Shown here: in pieces, positions 17,101 to 25,840 of the stretch | Layout: the number at the start of each line of letters is the position of its first letter | How positions within the stretch are numbered: position 1 is the first letter of the stretch | Source: Thermoplasmatota archaeon | Lineage (GTDB): Archaea > Thermoplasmatota > Thermoplasmata > RBG-16-68-12 > JAGMCJ01 | Direction: 5' to 3' | Assembly: GCA_022848865.1 (NCBI GenBank) | Contig: JAJISE010000003.1 | Coordinates: 7,189-71,188 of the forward strand | Length of the DNA stretch: 64,000 bases | Notes under the pieces: generated by a model | The model's database searches: none | What the model was told of the DNA's origin: nothing | What the model saw: the letters and a program-made list of their open reading frames with translations, nothing else | Translations under genes and position numbers: made by a program

Positions 17101-18829
17101 AAGCAATTCGGGCCCAGATCCAATCACTGAGGCTCAGAACGCTGCAGCGAACAACGTCGTGATATACACAATCGGTTTGGGACCGGACGTCGATGATGTC
17201 ACCCTCCAGAACATCGCCGCAATCACCGGGGGTGAGTACTTCTTCGCTGAGACTCCAGAAGATCTGATAGGCATCTACCAACAGATCGGTACAATAGTTG
17301 ATCGGGTGGCGGGAAGGGATCTGGATGTTTCCGACAGTATTCCAATGATTGAGGACGTCGTGCCTTCCTACATACACGTTGTGACGGGTTCTTTCCGGGA
17401 TCCAGCTACGGGTCTTCCGAAGCTCCCAGGTTACTTGGGCAACCGAGGCGTCTTCACGCTCATGCAATGGAATGTGAGTTCTCTGGCGATCAATGAAACC
17501 TGGGAAGTGGAGTACGACATCACGTCCGATCTGATCGGCACCAATCCTGTGGGAGTCTATCCCGACTCCCGCGTTGCCTATGTGAAGTGGGATGGCAACC
17601 AGACCACAGCACCCTTCCCCGAGGTCTTCATAACCGTAACCTACTATGCTGCCCCACCGAAGAACGTCGAGACATACTGGGATGGAGGGAGCAACATAGG
17701 TCTCAAATGGGTCGAAGTGCCCTGGCCCGGGCTGGACCATTACCTGATATTCAGGTCGCAGACCCAGAACGGGTTCCAGGACTTGTCTCCCGCTGCGGCC
17801 TATGGCCTGGCTCCGGCAGGGACGACAGATTGGCTGGATCCTGAAGCGGGAGGAGCGGCCAGCCATGACGGAGAGTACTACTATCTGATAAGGGCAACGA
17901 ATGCCGACGAAAGCGACGTGAGTGAAACCAGCAACACGGCTGGCGCGTGGACGACTACGTTCTCTGCAGGCTTCAACACATTCTCGGTTCCCCTGGACTA
18001 CTTCCCGTGGGCCGAGTATCTCGGACCGACCCGAACGGACACGGCGGGAGAGTACCGGGCAGCCCTTGCTGCGGACTACATTGAGTACATGGAGGCGGAG
18101 CACTGGCTCAGGGTTCCTGGCATCGGCGATTCGGACAGGACCATAGAAGTCGGCGATGGCTGCCTCATGAGCCTCGGATCGGACGTTAGCTTCACATTCT
18201 TGGGTCTGCCCGGGACCATGATCAAGTATGACGAGTTCCCGTTCGGCGGTTTCGACCATACGGGGAATGCCAAGAACATAGAGCTCAGCATCGTGGGGAG
18301 CAACATCAGAATAACCTGGCTGCAACCGATTGGCTCTGACACCTACGACATCTATTACTCGGACAGCAGAGTGGGGTTCTTCGGGAAGCTGGGGACAGAC
18401 TACTGGTTGCTGTACGGTTCCTACGATCCGCCGGTGAATCCCATTGTCAGTGTGGACCACGTGAACGCCCTCCTCCAACCCTACGACGAGTTCTACTACA
18501 TGATCTTCCCTCTGAGCGATTCGCTCGGTCCAGGTTCCGGAAGCTACAGTTCAGGCATATGGATCGGCCGCTTCACACAGGGCTATCAGGCCATTTCACT
18601 CCCACTGAAGCCGTTCGAGAACGGTCTTTATCTCCGCCAGAATGTCTCGTACTACGCCGATTCCATCCTGAATATGCTCGTGATCCTCTGGTACAAGCAT
18701 TCCGAGTCTAGGTGGGTTCCCCATATTCCGGCCATGGAGGCAGGAGTCTACGACAGGGAATTCGCGATGTTCGTCACCCTGAAGATCAACGTTTCATCAG
18801 ATGTGGTCTTTGGGTTTGCTGGAGTCTGA
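14141..18829 (+). CDS. Large secreted multidomain protein: BNR/Asp-box repeats, two lamin-tail-like domains, Ig-like domain, vWA domain, repeated FN3-like C-terminal modules
   Basis: Signal peptide. SxDxGxTW repeats (SKSTDQGLSW, SADDGLTW, SEDGGLTW), ILITELK...ELLEIYN and VVLNEIL...FVEIY, MIDAS motif LIDKSGSM with LLTDG. GGAGGAGG RBS before ATG 14141. Confidence 0.85.
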   Translation: MKNAASSIWRDYCRLFAVLTIVLLMTSLVVVASDDTPVSTLGISFSRPNQNVDDGSANSRNPDMAVDGLDGIHVVWSDDRTNYYGIYHSKSTDQGLSWQASMRIDSAPIAANARMPSIAIDRSGGAFDDRMYVVWHESSVAGGVHIFATYSVNSGSTWALPLRIDNAAQDVLCLEADVAVDSSGNVYIAWFDNRDSSYRHIFVSKSTDGGISFGAEVQVSSQDATNAFSSLTTFGDDVFVSWREQDLSGLITLWIAGSNDSGSTWTPHVVFAGPLNSISRFLEVTPDSSGILHAVWYYQNPTGEKEISHSNSADDGLTWSAPTKVDDYASSTSYTAPDIASGPRGLYVTWSDDRVGDQDVFFSHSEDGGLTWGDGIPNNNDIRVDDTDANGDPLDDSSSQTYPVIAVGTFGVFIAWDDFRSGMFYEIYFSSYDTGQILITELKDAPDNAELLEIYNYGPQPIDMSGYVLQIDASQVYSLTSLGIIPALEYRTIGDGPAADLILPIDIGDQGARLLLFDPSVTLIDEVDFGQMGTVPDPLPGESVARHMVGLGYTDEWVREETPTFGADNNVPGIDGTPDVVLNEILFFPNAPDEAFVEIYYKGTSLVNLLGYTIVCNQEFFVGTITLTDTNPHYVLRYQMDGGFFDSMSSTADNVYLYDSTGQLVDMAGWSSLHAQGFSMTRDPEGNGTSKGYDDFSSANAGWNFDRVPTLPLVLLGPDHAANGEVGDRILLNMTVTNKQLIPDYIDITLASAPNNWTIEILRDDGIFPLLDSLGDGDGIPDSGLLNPEQSLQFKIGVNIPSSPPVGSYQTIVVTATASSILLASDSANILVRVYPHIEPMKSVSPSTIYHEDAGPGYPTVATVRLTVTGNGSGIVRSVPQDVIFLIDKSGSMGDWQKFEFAKLGAKSYVDDMKFPDHGAVIFFDTSAMRVNPLSTDYAQIKNDIDSVLIPGGGTAIGTSIYACWNDLVSDGDPAHIWVCILLTDGRSNSGPDPITEAQNAAANNVVIYTIGLGPDVDDVTLQNIAAITGGEYFFAETPEDLIGIYQQIGTIVDRVAGRDLDVSDSIPMIEDVVPSYIHVVTGSFRDPATGLPKLPGYLGNRGVFTLMQWNVSSLAINETWEVEYDITSDLIGTNPVGVYPDSRVAYVKWDGNQTTAPFPEVFITVTYYAAPPKNVETYWDGGSNIGLKWVEVPWPGLDHYLIFRSQTQNGFQDLSPAAAYGLAPAGTTDWLDPEAGGAASHDGEYYYLIRATNADESDVSETSNTAGAWTTTFSAGFNTFSVPLDYFPWAEYLGPTRTDTAGEYRAALAADYIEYMEAEHWLRVPGIGDSDRTIEVGDGCLMSLGSDVSFTFLGLPGTMIKYDEFPFGGFDHTGNAKNIELSIVGSNIRITWLQPIGSDTYDIYYSDSRVGFFGKLGTDYWLLYGSYDPPVNPIVSVDHVNALLQPYDEFYYMIFPLSDSLGPGSGSYSSGIWIGRFTQGYQAISLPLKPFENGLYLRQNVSYYADSILNMLVILWYKHSESRWVPHIPAMEAGVYDREFAMFVTLKINVSSDVVFGFAGV

Positions 18830-18898
18830 GGTTGTATCGATATGAGCTTCCGTTGTGCTGGAGAGAAGCCAAGCGCCGACCACGCTTCTTGGAAAGCA

Positions 18899-21800
18899 AT
18901 GATGAAGCGGCGGTCGATTGCGGTGTCCTTCCTCGTGCTCCTCACGATCGTGACGCTGGCACAGTCAACGACAGGCCAACCCAAGGAGATGAACTTGGAG
19001 GGGAGGATCTTCCTCTGGGACGACACACCTCTCCAGGGCCTCCCGTGGGAAGACAGCACACCCTTCGCTGTGTGGGTACTTCACAGCGGTTCCTGGAATC
19101 GTTTTCCGAAAGCCGGATGGGTCCTCACCAGCGGTGGCTGGTACGCGTACACGCTTGAGGCGGTTGAGCGGGACGTCAACTGGAGCAACGGTGACACATA
19201 CCGCGTTCAATTGGACGCAACTGCCTTTGGCGGGCTCGATACGAACGCCACAAGCCACGGGACGGGCGACCCCGGTGAGTTCCCCCCCTTCGGGGAGCTT
19301 GAGAATACGATAATGTGGAACGATCCGGACAACACTCAACAGTGGGACGTAGTTGTTCCGATACCAGACCTCCAGCCTTTCGCCATCGCCGTCGACGGAA
19401 TCGAGTATCCCGGTCCCTACGACCCAGCTGTGCCGATAGGACCAATAGTCGTTCTGGCGGGCACTTCCCACGTGGTGGAGGCCAACGTGACGAACGCGGG
19501 GACGCCCTTCATACGAATCCTGAACACAGCCGCGCTTGACGACTCCTGCGGGGCCTTCGAGCACCTCGGGGAGATACAGGAGATAGATGCAGGATCCTCC
19601 GCACCCCCGGGAGCGAGGTTCAGCACGATCTGGACTGCGCCAGCCCTGCCCTTCCTCGGGGACTGCCTCCTCAACTACACTGTGGATTTCTATGACAACG
19701 TGACTGAATACGACGAGGGCAATAACTCTGCAGCGATTCTCCTTCGCGTGGAGGGACCCGACCTCTCGCCAAGCGATATTCTGATTGAAACGCCGTTGGG
19801 AAACTACTCCTACGCCGACCCGTCAATAGCCGTCCCGCCTTTCCATTCTGATGTGATTCCCGTGAACCCAGGCGACGACATAACCATCAGCCTGAACGCG
19901 ACAAACGTCGGCGGATACGAGACCGGCGCGCAGTTCAACGTCGTGATCGTAAGCACGGGGAGCATATCTGGCGGGCCGCCAGTTTCGACACTCTTCAATA
20001 GCGGACAGGTGGGTCCGCTCATGGCGGGCAGTTCGACAGGTCCCTTTGTGTCCAACCTCCAAATCCCCAACCAAACGGGCTATCACTGCCTGAATCTCAC
20101 GGTCGATTACGGTATTGACGGGACTGGAAACATCAGTGAGGTCTCGGAGACGAACAATACGTTCGTCGTTTGCTTTGGCGTGGACGTTCCCGACCTGACG
20201 CCAGTTGACATCGTAGTCGAGCTCCAGGATGGATCAAGCCTCATCTATCCTGACGCATCGGCCACTAACTATGTCTCGGATCCGATCTACGTCTTTCCCG
20301 GGGATCTGATGAACATAACTGCCAGCGTCCGCAACGTTGGGGTCTTCCAGTCCCCAGCGGGCGTCGACACTCAGCTTTCGGTCTACTATGTCGGTGACGG
20401 TCCCTTGAATCCAATCCAGGACCTCATTGCCGAATGGAGCAACGTTCCACCACTGCTTCCAGGTTCTACGGACGGACCCTTTGGGGTTCTCGGGCACAGT
20501 GTCCCCTTTGATATGGGGGACCGGTACATCAACATCACCGTCGACAATAGAAGCCAGATTCAGGAGGAAAGCGAAATCAACAATACGTTCACGATACACC
20601 TTGTCATCGGCGGTCCCGATCTCATCCCGAGCCAGGTCAATCTGACCGTTGACGGCGTGACAACCCAGTACGCGTATCCTCAGACGCCGATTATCGAAGT
20701 GGACATAACCTCTGTCGTTAGCCTGGAAGTCGAGATCGCGAACCAGGGCAACTTCGGGACGAATGGGACGTTCTTCACGGAGTTCTTGGACAACTCAATT
20801 GCCTTTCACTCGAACCTGAGCGATCCCCTGGGTCCCGGTGCAACGAGCCCGATGAACTCCAGCTGGGTCAATCCCGGAGTCCCGAGCCTGCACACTATCA
20901 CTGTAGTCGCAGATTCCGCGAACGAGATTGTTGAGGTGAACGAGTCAAACAACATCTTCACATTGACAATCATCGTCAAAGGTCCCGACATCATCCCGTG
21001 GCAGGTGAATCTGACGGTGGACGGGCTGACAACGCAGTACACTTATCCAGAGACGCCAACCGCAGAGGTGAACATCTCATCCATAGTCCATATCGAAGCA
21101 GCGATAGAGAATCATGGTGGCATCGGAACGAATGGGACATTCCTAACGGAGTACTTCGCTGACTCCGTTGGTTTCTACTCGAACCTCTGTCCGTCGCTGG
21201 GTCCCGGTGAGCGCATCCTGACTAACTCCAGCTGGACGAATCCCGGTGTCCTAGGACTCCACCTAATCACGATAGTGGCTGACTCCGCCAACGACATCGT
21301 CGAGCTGAATGAGACAAACAACGTTTTCACACTGACCATCGTAGTCAAGGGTCCTGACTTGATACCTCTGTATGTCACAATAGACGTGAGCGGGAACAGC
21401 AACCAGTACGGATACTCGGATTCCCCAGTTGGTCCCGTTATTGTAGACATCTCCGACGAGGTTCTCATCGACGTGACCATTCACAATCAGGGAGCTCTCT
21501 CCATCGATATGTTTACCGTAGGATACATCGAAGATGGCCAGCTGTTTGATTTGAGCGGCCCCTTAGGGCCACTGGATGCATCGGCGTCCATTTCTCTGAT
21601 TGACGTCGCTTGGCAGACTCCGCAGTCCTTGGGAGACTACCTTGTTATCATTTCCGTTGATCATTTGGACAATGTATCTGAAATCGATGAGGACAACAAC
21701 GTGTTCGAGATTCTATTCCGCGTTGTCGGTCCGGATCTGATGGCATTTGACTTCCTTGTCGACAATGCGTCCCCCGTCGCCCCAGTTTCCGTCACTGGCG

Positions 21801-22921
21801 GGGAAACTGTGCTCCTCACCGGTATCGCGCTCAACTCCGGAACAAATGTGACTCAGGACAGCTTCTCGGTCTCGGTCTACAACTCAACCGAGAGGGTCAG
21901 CCCGCTTGTACTCGTGAGCGTTCCTCTGCTCCTTCCTGGGGCGTTTCTGTGGTTGAACGCCACCTGGCACGCCCCCATGGACTATCTGAACGTCACCATT
22001 GTCTTCGAGGTCGATTTCTACGATGACGTTCTCGAGGTAGACGAGGCAAACAATGTGCTCGAGGTAGTCCTCATTGTGACCCCACTCCCACCTGACCTCG
22101 TGGCAGTGGGTCCTAAGATCAACGGGCTTCCATATGATGGACCCCATCCAGCCAAGGCAGGTGAAACCCTCACTCTCTCAGCCTCCGTGGTCAACATAGG
22201 GAACTACACTACCGGAGGCCCGTTCGACAACGCGTTCTACAACGATACGATGCCTAGTCTCCCGTTTGCCAGGAAAGTGGAGGGAACGCTAATCGTAGGC
22301 AGGACGACAGCTGAGATCGAAGCCACTTGGAGGGCTCCCGAGAAGGCTGGAACTTACGTTGTCGTCTTCCACGTGGACTACATGGACTCCATATCCGAGG
22401 CGAACGAGACGAACAACAAGCTCTCCTACATAATCGAGGTTGTTGAGGAGGAGGGAGAGTACAACTGGAAACCCCTCCTTGCCCTGATCCTTGCCATCAT
22501 TCTTGTTCTTCTCGGAATCCTCGTCGGATACGTGAGACCTCTCGACAGATTCGTTCCGATACCGGAAGACATGCCGGATGAGGAGATTGATGTGTATAGA
22601 AGGCAGATGAGGAGTCAACCCATAGGAGATAAACTGAGTCCTCTCGACCAGGACGCACTCCTGAGGAAATTCTCTCGAGACAGGATGTTCACGATTGCCA
22701 TCCTTGCCCTTCCTCTATCGCTGCTTGAGATCGCCATCGCAATCCTTTCCAATCTGACAGGCATTCTGAGAGTGCCCGAAGTGGGCAACTGGATTACGGT
22801 GGGATTGGTGGTCAACCTCATAATCCTCGTTGTTGGGATCGCCGTTGACACGATTGCGTCGAAGAAGGGCTATAAGGTGCCATCGGAGATGACTCTTCCA
22901 CCCGAGGCGGACAGCGACTAG
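18899..22921 (+). CDS. Cell-surface protein with about eight CARDB (Ig-like) repeats and a C-terminal membrane anchor
   Basis: Signal peptide, repeated PDL-x-P...N-G...E-x-NE-x-NN motifs, and three C-terminal hydrophobic helices. Confidence 0.85.
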   Translation: MMKRRSIAVSFLVLLTIVTLAQSTTGQPKEMNLEGRIFLWDDTPLQGLPWEDSTPFAVWVLHSGSWNRFPKAGWVLTSGGWYAYTLEAVERDVNWSNGDTYRVQLDATAFGGLDTNATSHGTGDPGEFPPFGELENTIMWNDPDNTQQWDVVVPIPDLQPFAIAVDGIEYPGPYDPAVPIGPIVVLAGTSHVVEANVTNAGTPFIRILNTAALDDSCGAFEHLGEIQEIDAGSSAPPGARFSTIWTAPALPFLGDCLLNYTVDFYDNVTEYDEGNNSAAILLRVEGPDLSPSDILIETPLGNYSYADPSIAVPPFHSDVIPVNPGDDITISLNATNVGGYETGAQFNVVIVSTGSISGGPPVSTLFNSGQVGPLMAGSSTGPFVSNLQIPNQTGYHCLNLTVDYGIDGTGNISEVSETNNTFVVCFGVDVPDLTPVDIVVELQDGSSLIYPDASATNYVSDPIYVFPGDLMNITASVRNVGVFQSPAGVDTQLSVYYVGDGPLNPIQDLIAEWSNVPPLLPGSTDGPFGVLGHSVPFDMGDRYINITVDNRSQIQEESEINNTFTIHLVIGGPDLIPSQVNLTVDGVTTQYAYPQTPIIEVDITSVVSLEVEIANQGNFGTNGTFFTEFLDNSIAFHSNLSDPLGPGATSPMNSSWVNPGVPSLHTITVVADSANEIVEVNESNNIFTLTIIVKGPDIIPWQVNLTVDGLTTQYTYPETPTAEVNISSIVHIEAAIENHGGIGTNGTFLTEYFADSVGFYSNLCPSLGPGERILTNSSWTNPGVLGLHLITIVADSANDIVELNETNNVFTLTIVVKGPDLIPLYVTIDVSGNSNQYGYSDSPVGPVIVDISDEVLIDVTIHNQGALSIDMFTVGYIEDGQLFDLSGPLGPLDASASISLIDVAWQTPQSLGDYLVIISVDHLDNVSEIDEDNNVFEILFRVVGPDLMAFDFLVDNASPVAPVSVTGGETVLLTGIALNSGTNVTQDSFSVSVYNSTERVSPLVLVSVPLLLPGAFLWLNATWHAPMDYLNVTIVFEVDFYDDVLEVDEANNVLEVVLIVTPLPPDLVAVGPKINGLPYDGPHPAKAGETLTLSASVVNIGNYTTGGPFDNAFYNDTMPSLPFARKVEGTLIVGRTTAEIEATWRAPEKAGTYVVVFHVDYMDSISEANETNNKLSYIIEVVEEEGEYNWKPLLALILAIILVLLGILVGYVRPLDRFVPIPEDMPDEEIDVYRRQMRSQPIGDKLSPLDQDALLRKFSRDRMFTIAILALPLSLLEIAIAILSNLTGILRVPEVGNWITVGLVVNLIILVVGIAVDTIASKKGYKVPSEMTLPPEADSD
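20612..21349 (+). repeat. Tandem 369-nt intragenic duplication (two CARDB units)
   Basis: Units start at 20612 and 20981 (GGTCCCGA...CAGGT(C/G)AATCTGAC(C/G)GT(T/G)GACGG...ACAAC(C/G)CAGTAC). The next GPDL unit starts at 21350. Confidence 0.8.
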
Positions 22922-23154
22922 TGGACGCGATGCGTTCGCGACAAACATCATCAGACTCCCTGGAATGCTGGGCAACCTCGTCAGAGACTCTTTGCGAAGG
23001 GTGTAGGAGTGGGTATGACATGATCAACGATTCGGATTGAACCGGGAGCAGGCAGGAATCTCGTATCATATCTAGGGTTCAATGACACTGGAGCAATCAC
23101 AGACGTGGACTATTAATAACTGATTGCCTGTATATTGCCAGGTACGGTGGGAAG

Positions 23155-24267
23155 TTGAGTCTCCTGAGAGTAGCTGCGGTCCTGAGCCTTGCCTGCATGT
23201 TGATGACAGCCATTCCGGCGCAAGAGAGTGTGCCAGCGGACCCGCCAGGAACGCGTGCGGACGGCGATAGGACCGTCACGCTCGAGTTGCTCACGGCAAC
23301 TTGGTGCGCAGGCTGCCCGTACGCCGATGCCGTTGCTGACAGACTGCTGAGAGTCATCGGTCCAGAACGACTGTCCGTCATTCAATATCACGTGACCATG
23401 ACCGACCCGATGAGAATCAATGAATCGGATGCTCGCAGGCACACGTATGGAGATCCAGGACTCCCCTCTTTGTTCCTCGACGGCGAGTTCAAGAGCGATG
23501 AAGCGACATCCTACGAAGAGACCTTCGACAGGTATCTTACCTTTGTCCAGGAGAGCCTCCAGGTCGATACACCCGTGAGCATGGGACTCACATACGACCT
23601 GGGCGGCGGATCCGTAACGCTCAACACATCAATGGACAGTAGCGAATCGCTGGTAGGCCAGAATCTCTTTCTCAGGGTCGTCTTGTTCGAGAACATCCTG
23701 GAGGATGGCGGTAAGATATACAACTACACCGCAAGGGCATACAACGAGACTTCGGTGGATCTGGTGAGCTCTCCAACGATCGAGTCGGTGACCTTCGCAT
23801 TGGACGGGTCGTGGGTCGTCGAGAACATGGGTGCCGCGGCTTTTCTTCAGGTGGATTCAGATGGCGGGATCTATCAGTCAGTCAATGTCATGTTCGGAGA
23901 TCCGCCGGTAGTCACGATTACTAGTCCCTCGGGCGGTTCCGTTTCGGGCGACTTGACCGTTGAGGGGAGCTGCACTGGGGGCAGGACACTATCCGAGGTC
24001 TTCCTGAAGACCGATGACGGGCTCTGGGTCGAGGTAGAAGGAACAACGACATGGCAGCACGATATCGACACGACAACGCTCTCTGACGGTTCCCACACGA
24101 TATACGCAAAGGTCTACGACGTTGCCGGAACCTACTCGCAGACAGACGTCTTGTCCATCACGGTGGAAAACGAGGAGCCCGTCCCTGGCTTCGAGACCGC
24201 ACTTCTTCTCGTCGCGTTTCTGTCGGTTGCGGTCATCCTGGGCGGGATAAGAAGACTGAAGAAGTGA
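23155..24267 (+). CDS. Secreted thioredoxin-like (Omp28-like) plus Ig-like protein with a PGF-CTERM sorting signal
   Basis: Signal peptide, ELLTATWCAGCP (CxxC), GLPSLFLDG, Ig-like domain, and C-terminal PGFE followed by a TM helix and basic RRLKK. Confidence 0.8.
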   Translation: MSLLRVAAVLSLACMLMTAIPAQESVPADPPGTRADGDRTVTLELLTATWCAGCPYADAVADRLLRVIGPERLSVIQYHVTMTDPMRINESDARRHTYGDPGLPSLFLDGEFKSDEATSYEETFDRYLTFVQESLQVDTPVSMGLTYDLGGGSVTLNTSMDSSESLVGQNLFLRVVLFENILEDGGKIYNYTARAYNETSVDLVSSPTIESVTFALDGSWVVENMGAAAFLQVDSDGGIYQSVNVMFGDPPVVTITSPSGGSVSGDLTVEGSCTGGRTLSEVFLKTDDGLWVEVEGTTTWQHDIDTTTLSDGSHTIYAKVYDVAGTYSQTDVLSITVENEEPVPGFETALLLVAFLSVAVILGGIRRLKK

Positions 24268-24273
24268 GGAGAC

Positions 24274-25689
24274 TCACTCCGGCCTCATTTGGTTCATAAT
24301 GATATTCTGCGCCAGTTCGAGGAACTCCTCCTCTCTGTTGTACGGGATGGTCGCACCGGCGGCGACATTATGGCCTCCTCCTGCCCCGCCCGTAGTTTCG
24401 GCAGCCTCCCTCATGACAACCGAAAGGTCAAGACCCCTCGAAACAAGGGTCTTCGTCGCCCTGGCAGAGACCTTCACTCCCTCGTCTGAATGCGCGAAGG
24501 CGAAGAGAGGACGCGACTTGTCGATCTCGGGAGAGGACATTAGGATCCCTGCTGTGATTCCGATGACAGTGTCTTTTATTCTTGTTCCTCCATGAAAATA
24601 CTGGAGGTGGTCCAACTCGATGATTCCCGTGTCGGCGGCCACCTTGAGGGACTCGACAAGATACCCCCTGTGCGTCCGGAGCAGATTGAGCGCCTCATCC
24701 AGCCTCTCCTCTCTGTTCCCGAGACATATCTCCATGCCGATTCCCGCCTTGTCATATCTGCCGCAGGAATTCAACAGTGTGGCGAACTCCTTTGCGTCGC
24801 GGAGGACGGACTTCTCCTTCTCCTGAACGAGCGTGTAGCACTCGCCCACGATTCTCTCGATGTGCTCACGACCCAGGCCCGATTCCAGCAGCAATGTCAC
24901 GAGAGCAGAGACAAGCCTCTGCTTCTCAGAGGAGCTCAGGTCGGACCAGCATCTCCAATCATCCCCTGCCTTGACAGGTATCCCGATCTCTTCTAGGAAC
25001 GTGACGCATGCGCTGTGGTTGCCATTGAGGCCGGGCAACAATGGGTCGGTCGAGTACTTGAGGAGCCTGGGCACGGGGCGAGTCTCTCTCCCGAAGTAAC
25101 GGATGTCCGTATCGATTCTCACAGAGCCGTGTTCCTCAGCGTCACTGAGTATCTTCCTGTTCGAGCCGATGAGCCGTCTGTGGTTCTGGTCCTGCATATC
25201 TCCAACTGCACCCACAATCGCGAGACCGGAAAGGCGTACGTTCTCACTGTTCATCTCCTTTGCGAGGATGTAGGTCACTCCCGCTCCGCTCAAGTCCAGA
25301 GAGCCATCCAGGCCGTACATGTGCGGATTCAGCATGTTGGGCCCCTTTCCCCGGATCGGAGGAAGAAGGCGACCCCTGTCTCCTCCCGCGAACGATTCCG
25401 ATGGAACGTGATGATCGGTGATGATTCCAGGAATCTCGGAGATTAGGTTGTAACTGCCGGCACCGATATCTGTGAACCACACGAACTCGGGACTTCGTTC
25501 GAGGATTCTCCCGGCCGCATCATCGTCAAGGCTCTTCACGAACAGGATGTCATGGTCGATTCCAGCTTGCGTGAGGGAACCGGAGGCAATGGAGCCCGCG
25601 GCGATTCCGTCGGCGTCTATGTGACTGACAATCAGGACTTCATTCCTCTTCAGCATCTCTTCCGACAGCTTCCTCGCGAGATAGTGCAT
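24274..25689 (-). CDS. DHH-family phosphoesterase, RecJ/GAN (Cdc45-like) nuclease
   Basis: SHIDADG, FTDIG, TDHH and GGGH motifs plus a DHHA1 domain. Start reassigned to ATG 25689. Confidence 0.9.
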   Translation of the reverse strand: MHYLARKLSEEMLKRNEVLIVSHIDADGIAAGSIASGSLTQAGIDHDILFVKSLDDDAAGRILERSPEFVWFTDIGAGSYNLISEIPGIITDHHVPSESFAGGDRGRLLPPIRGKGPNMLNPHMYGLDGSLDLSGAGVTYILAKEMNSENVRLSGLAIVGAVGDMQDQNHRRLIGSNRKILSDAEEHGSVRIDTDIRYFGRETRPVPRLLKYSTDPLLPGLNGNHSACVTFLEEIGIPVKAGDDWRCWSDLSSSEKQRLVSALVTLLLESGLGREHIERIVGECYTLVQEKEKSVLRDAKEFATLLNSCGRYDKAGIGMEICLGNREERLDEALNLLRTHRGYLVESLKVAADTGIIELDHLQYFHGGTRIKDTVIGITAGILMSSPEIDKSRPLFAFAHSDEGVKVSARATKTLVSRGLDLSVVMREAAETTGGAGGGHNVAAGATIPYNREEEFLELAQNIIMNQMRPE

Positions 25690-25840
25690 CCTTGAACACG
25701 ATTGGCCAATGGATATTAAAGGTCTTTCCTGGACAAAACGTCCAGTCATCGAACGTTTCTGGAATACGGGTTTGATGTGAGACAATCGGACATGTGTATT
25801 TTCAATCAAGGTTAAGCTGAAATCCCTCGATACTGAGCTA

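Noticed and set aside
16679-18478. 599-aa antisense ORF inside the large surface gene
   Set aside because: It lies fully opposite a well-supported CDS and has no motifs; this is a typical shadow ORF in GC-rich coding DNA.
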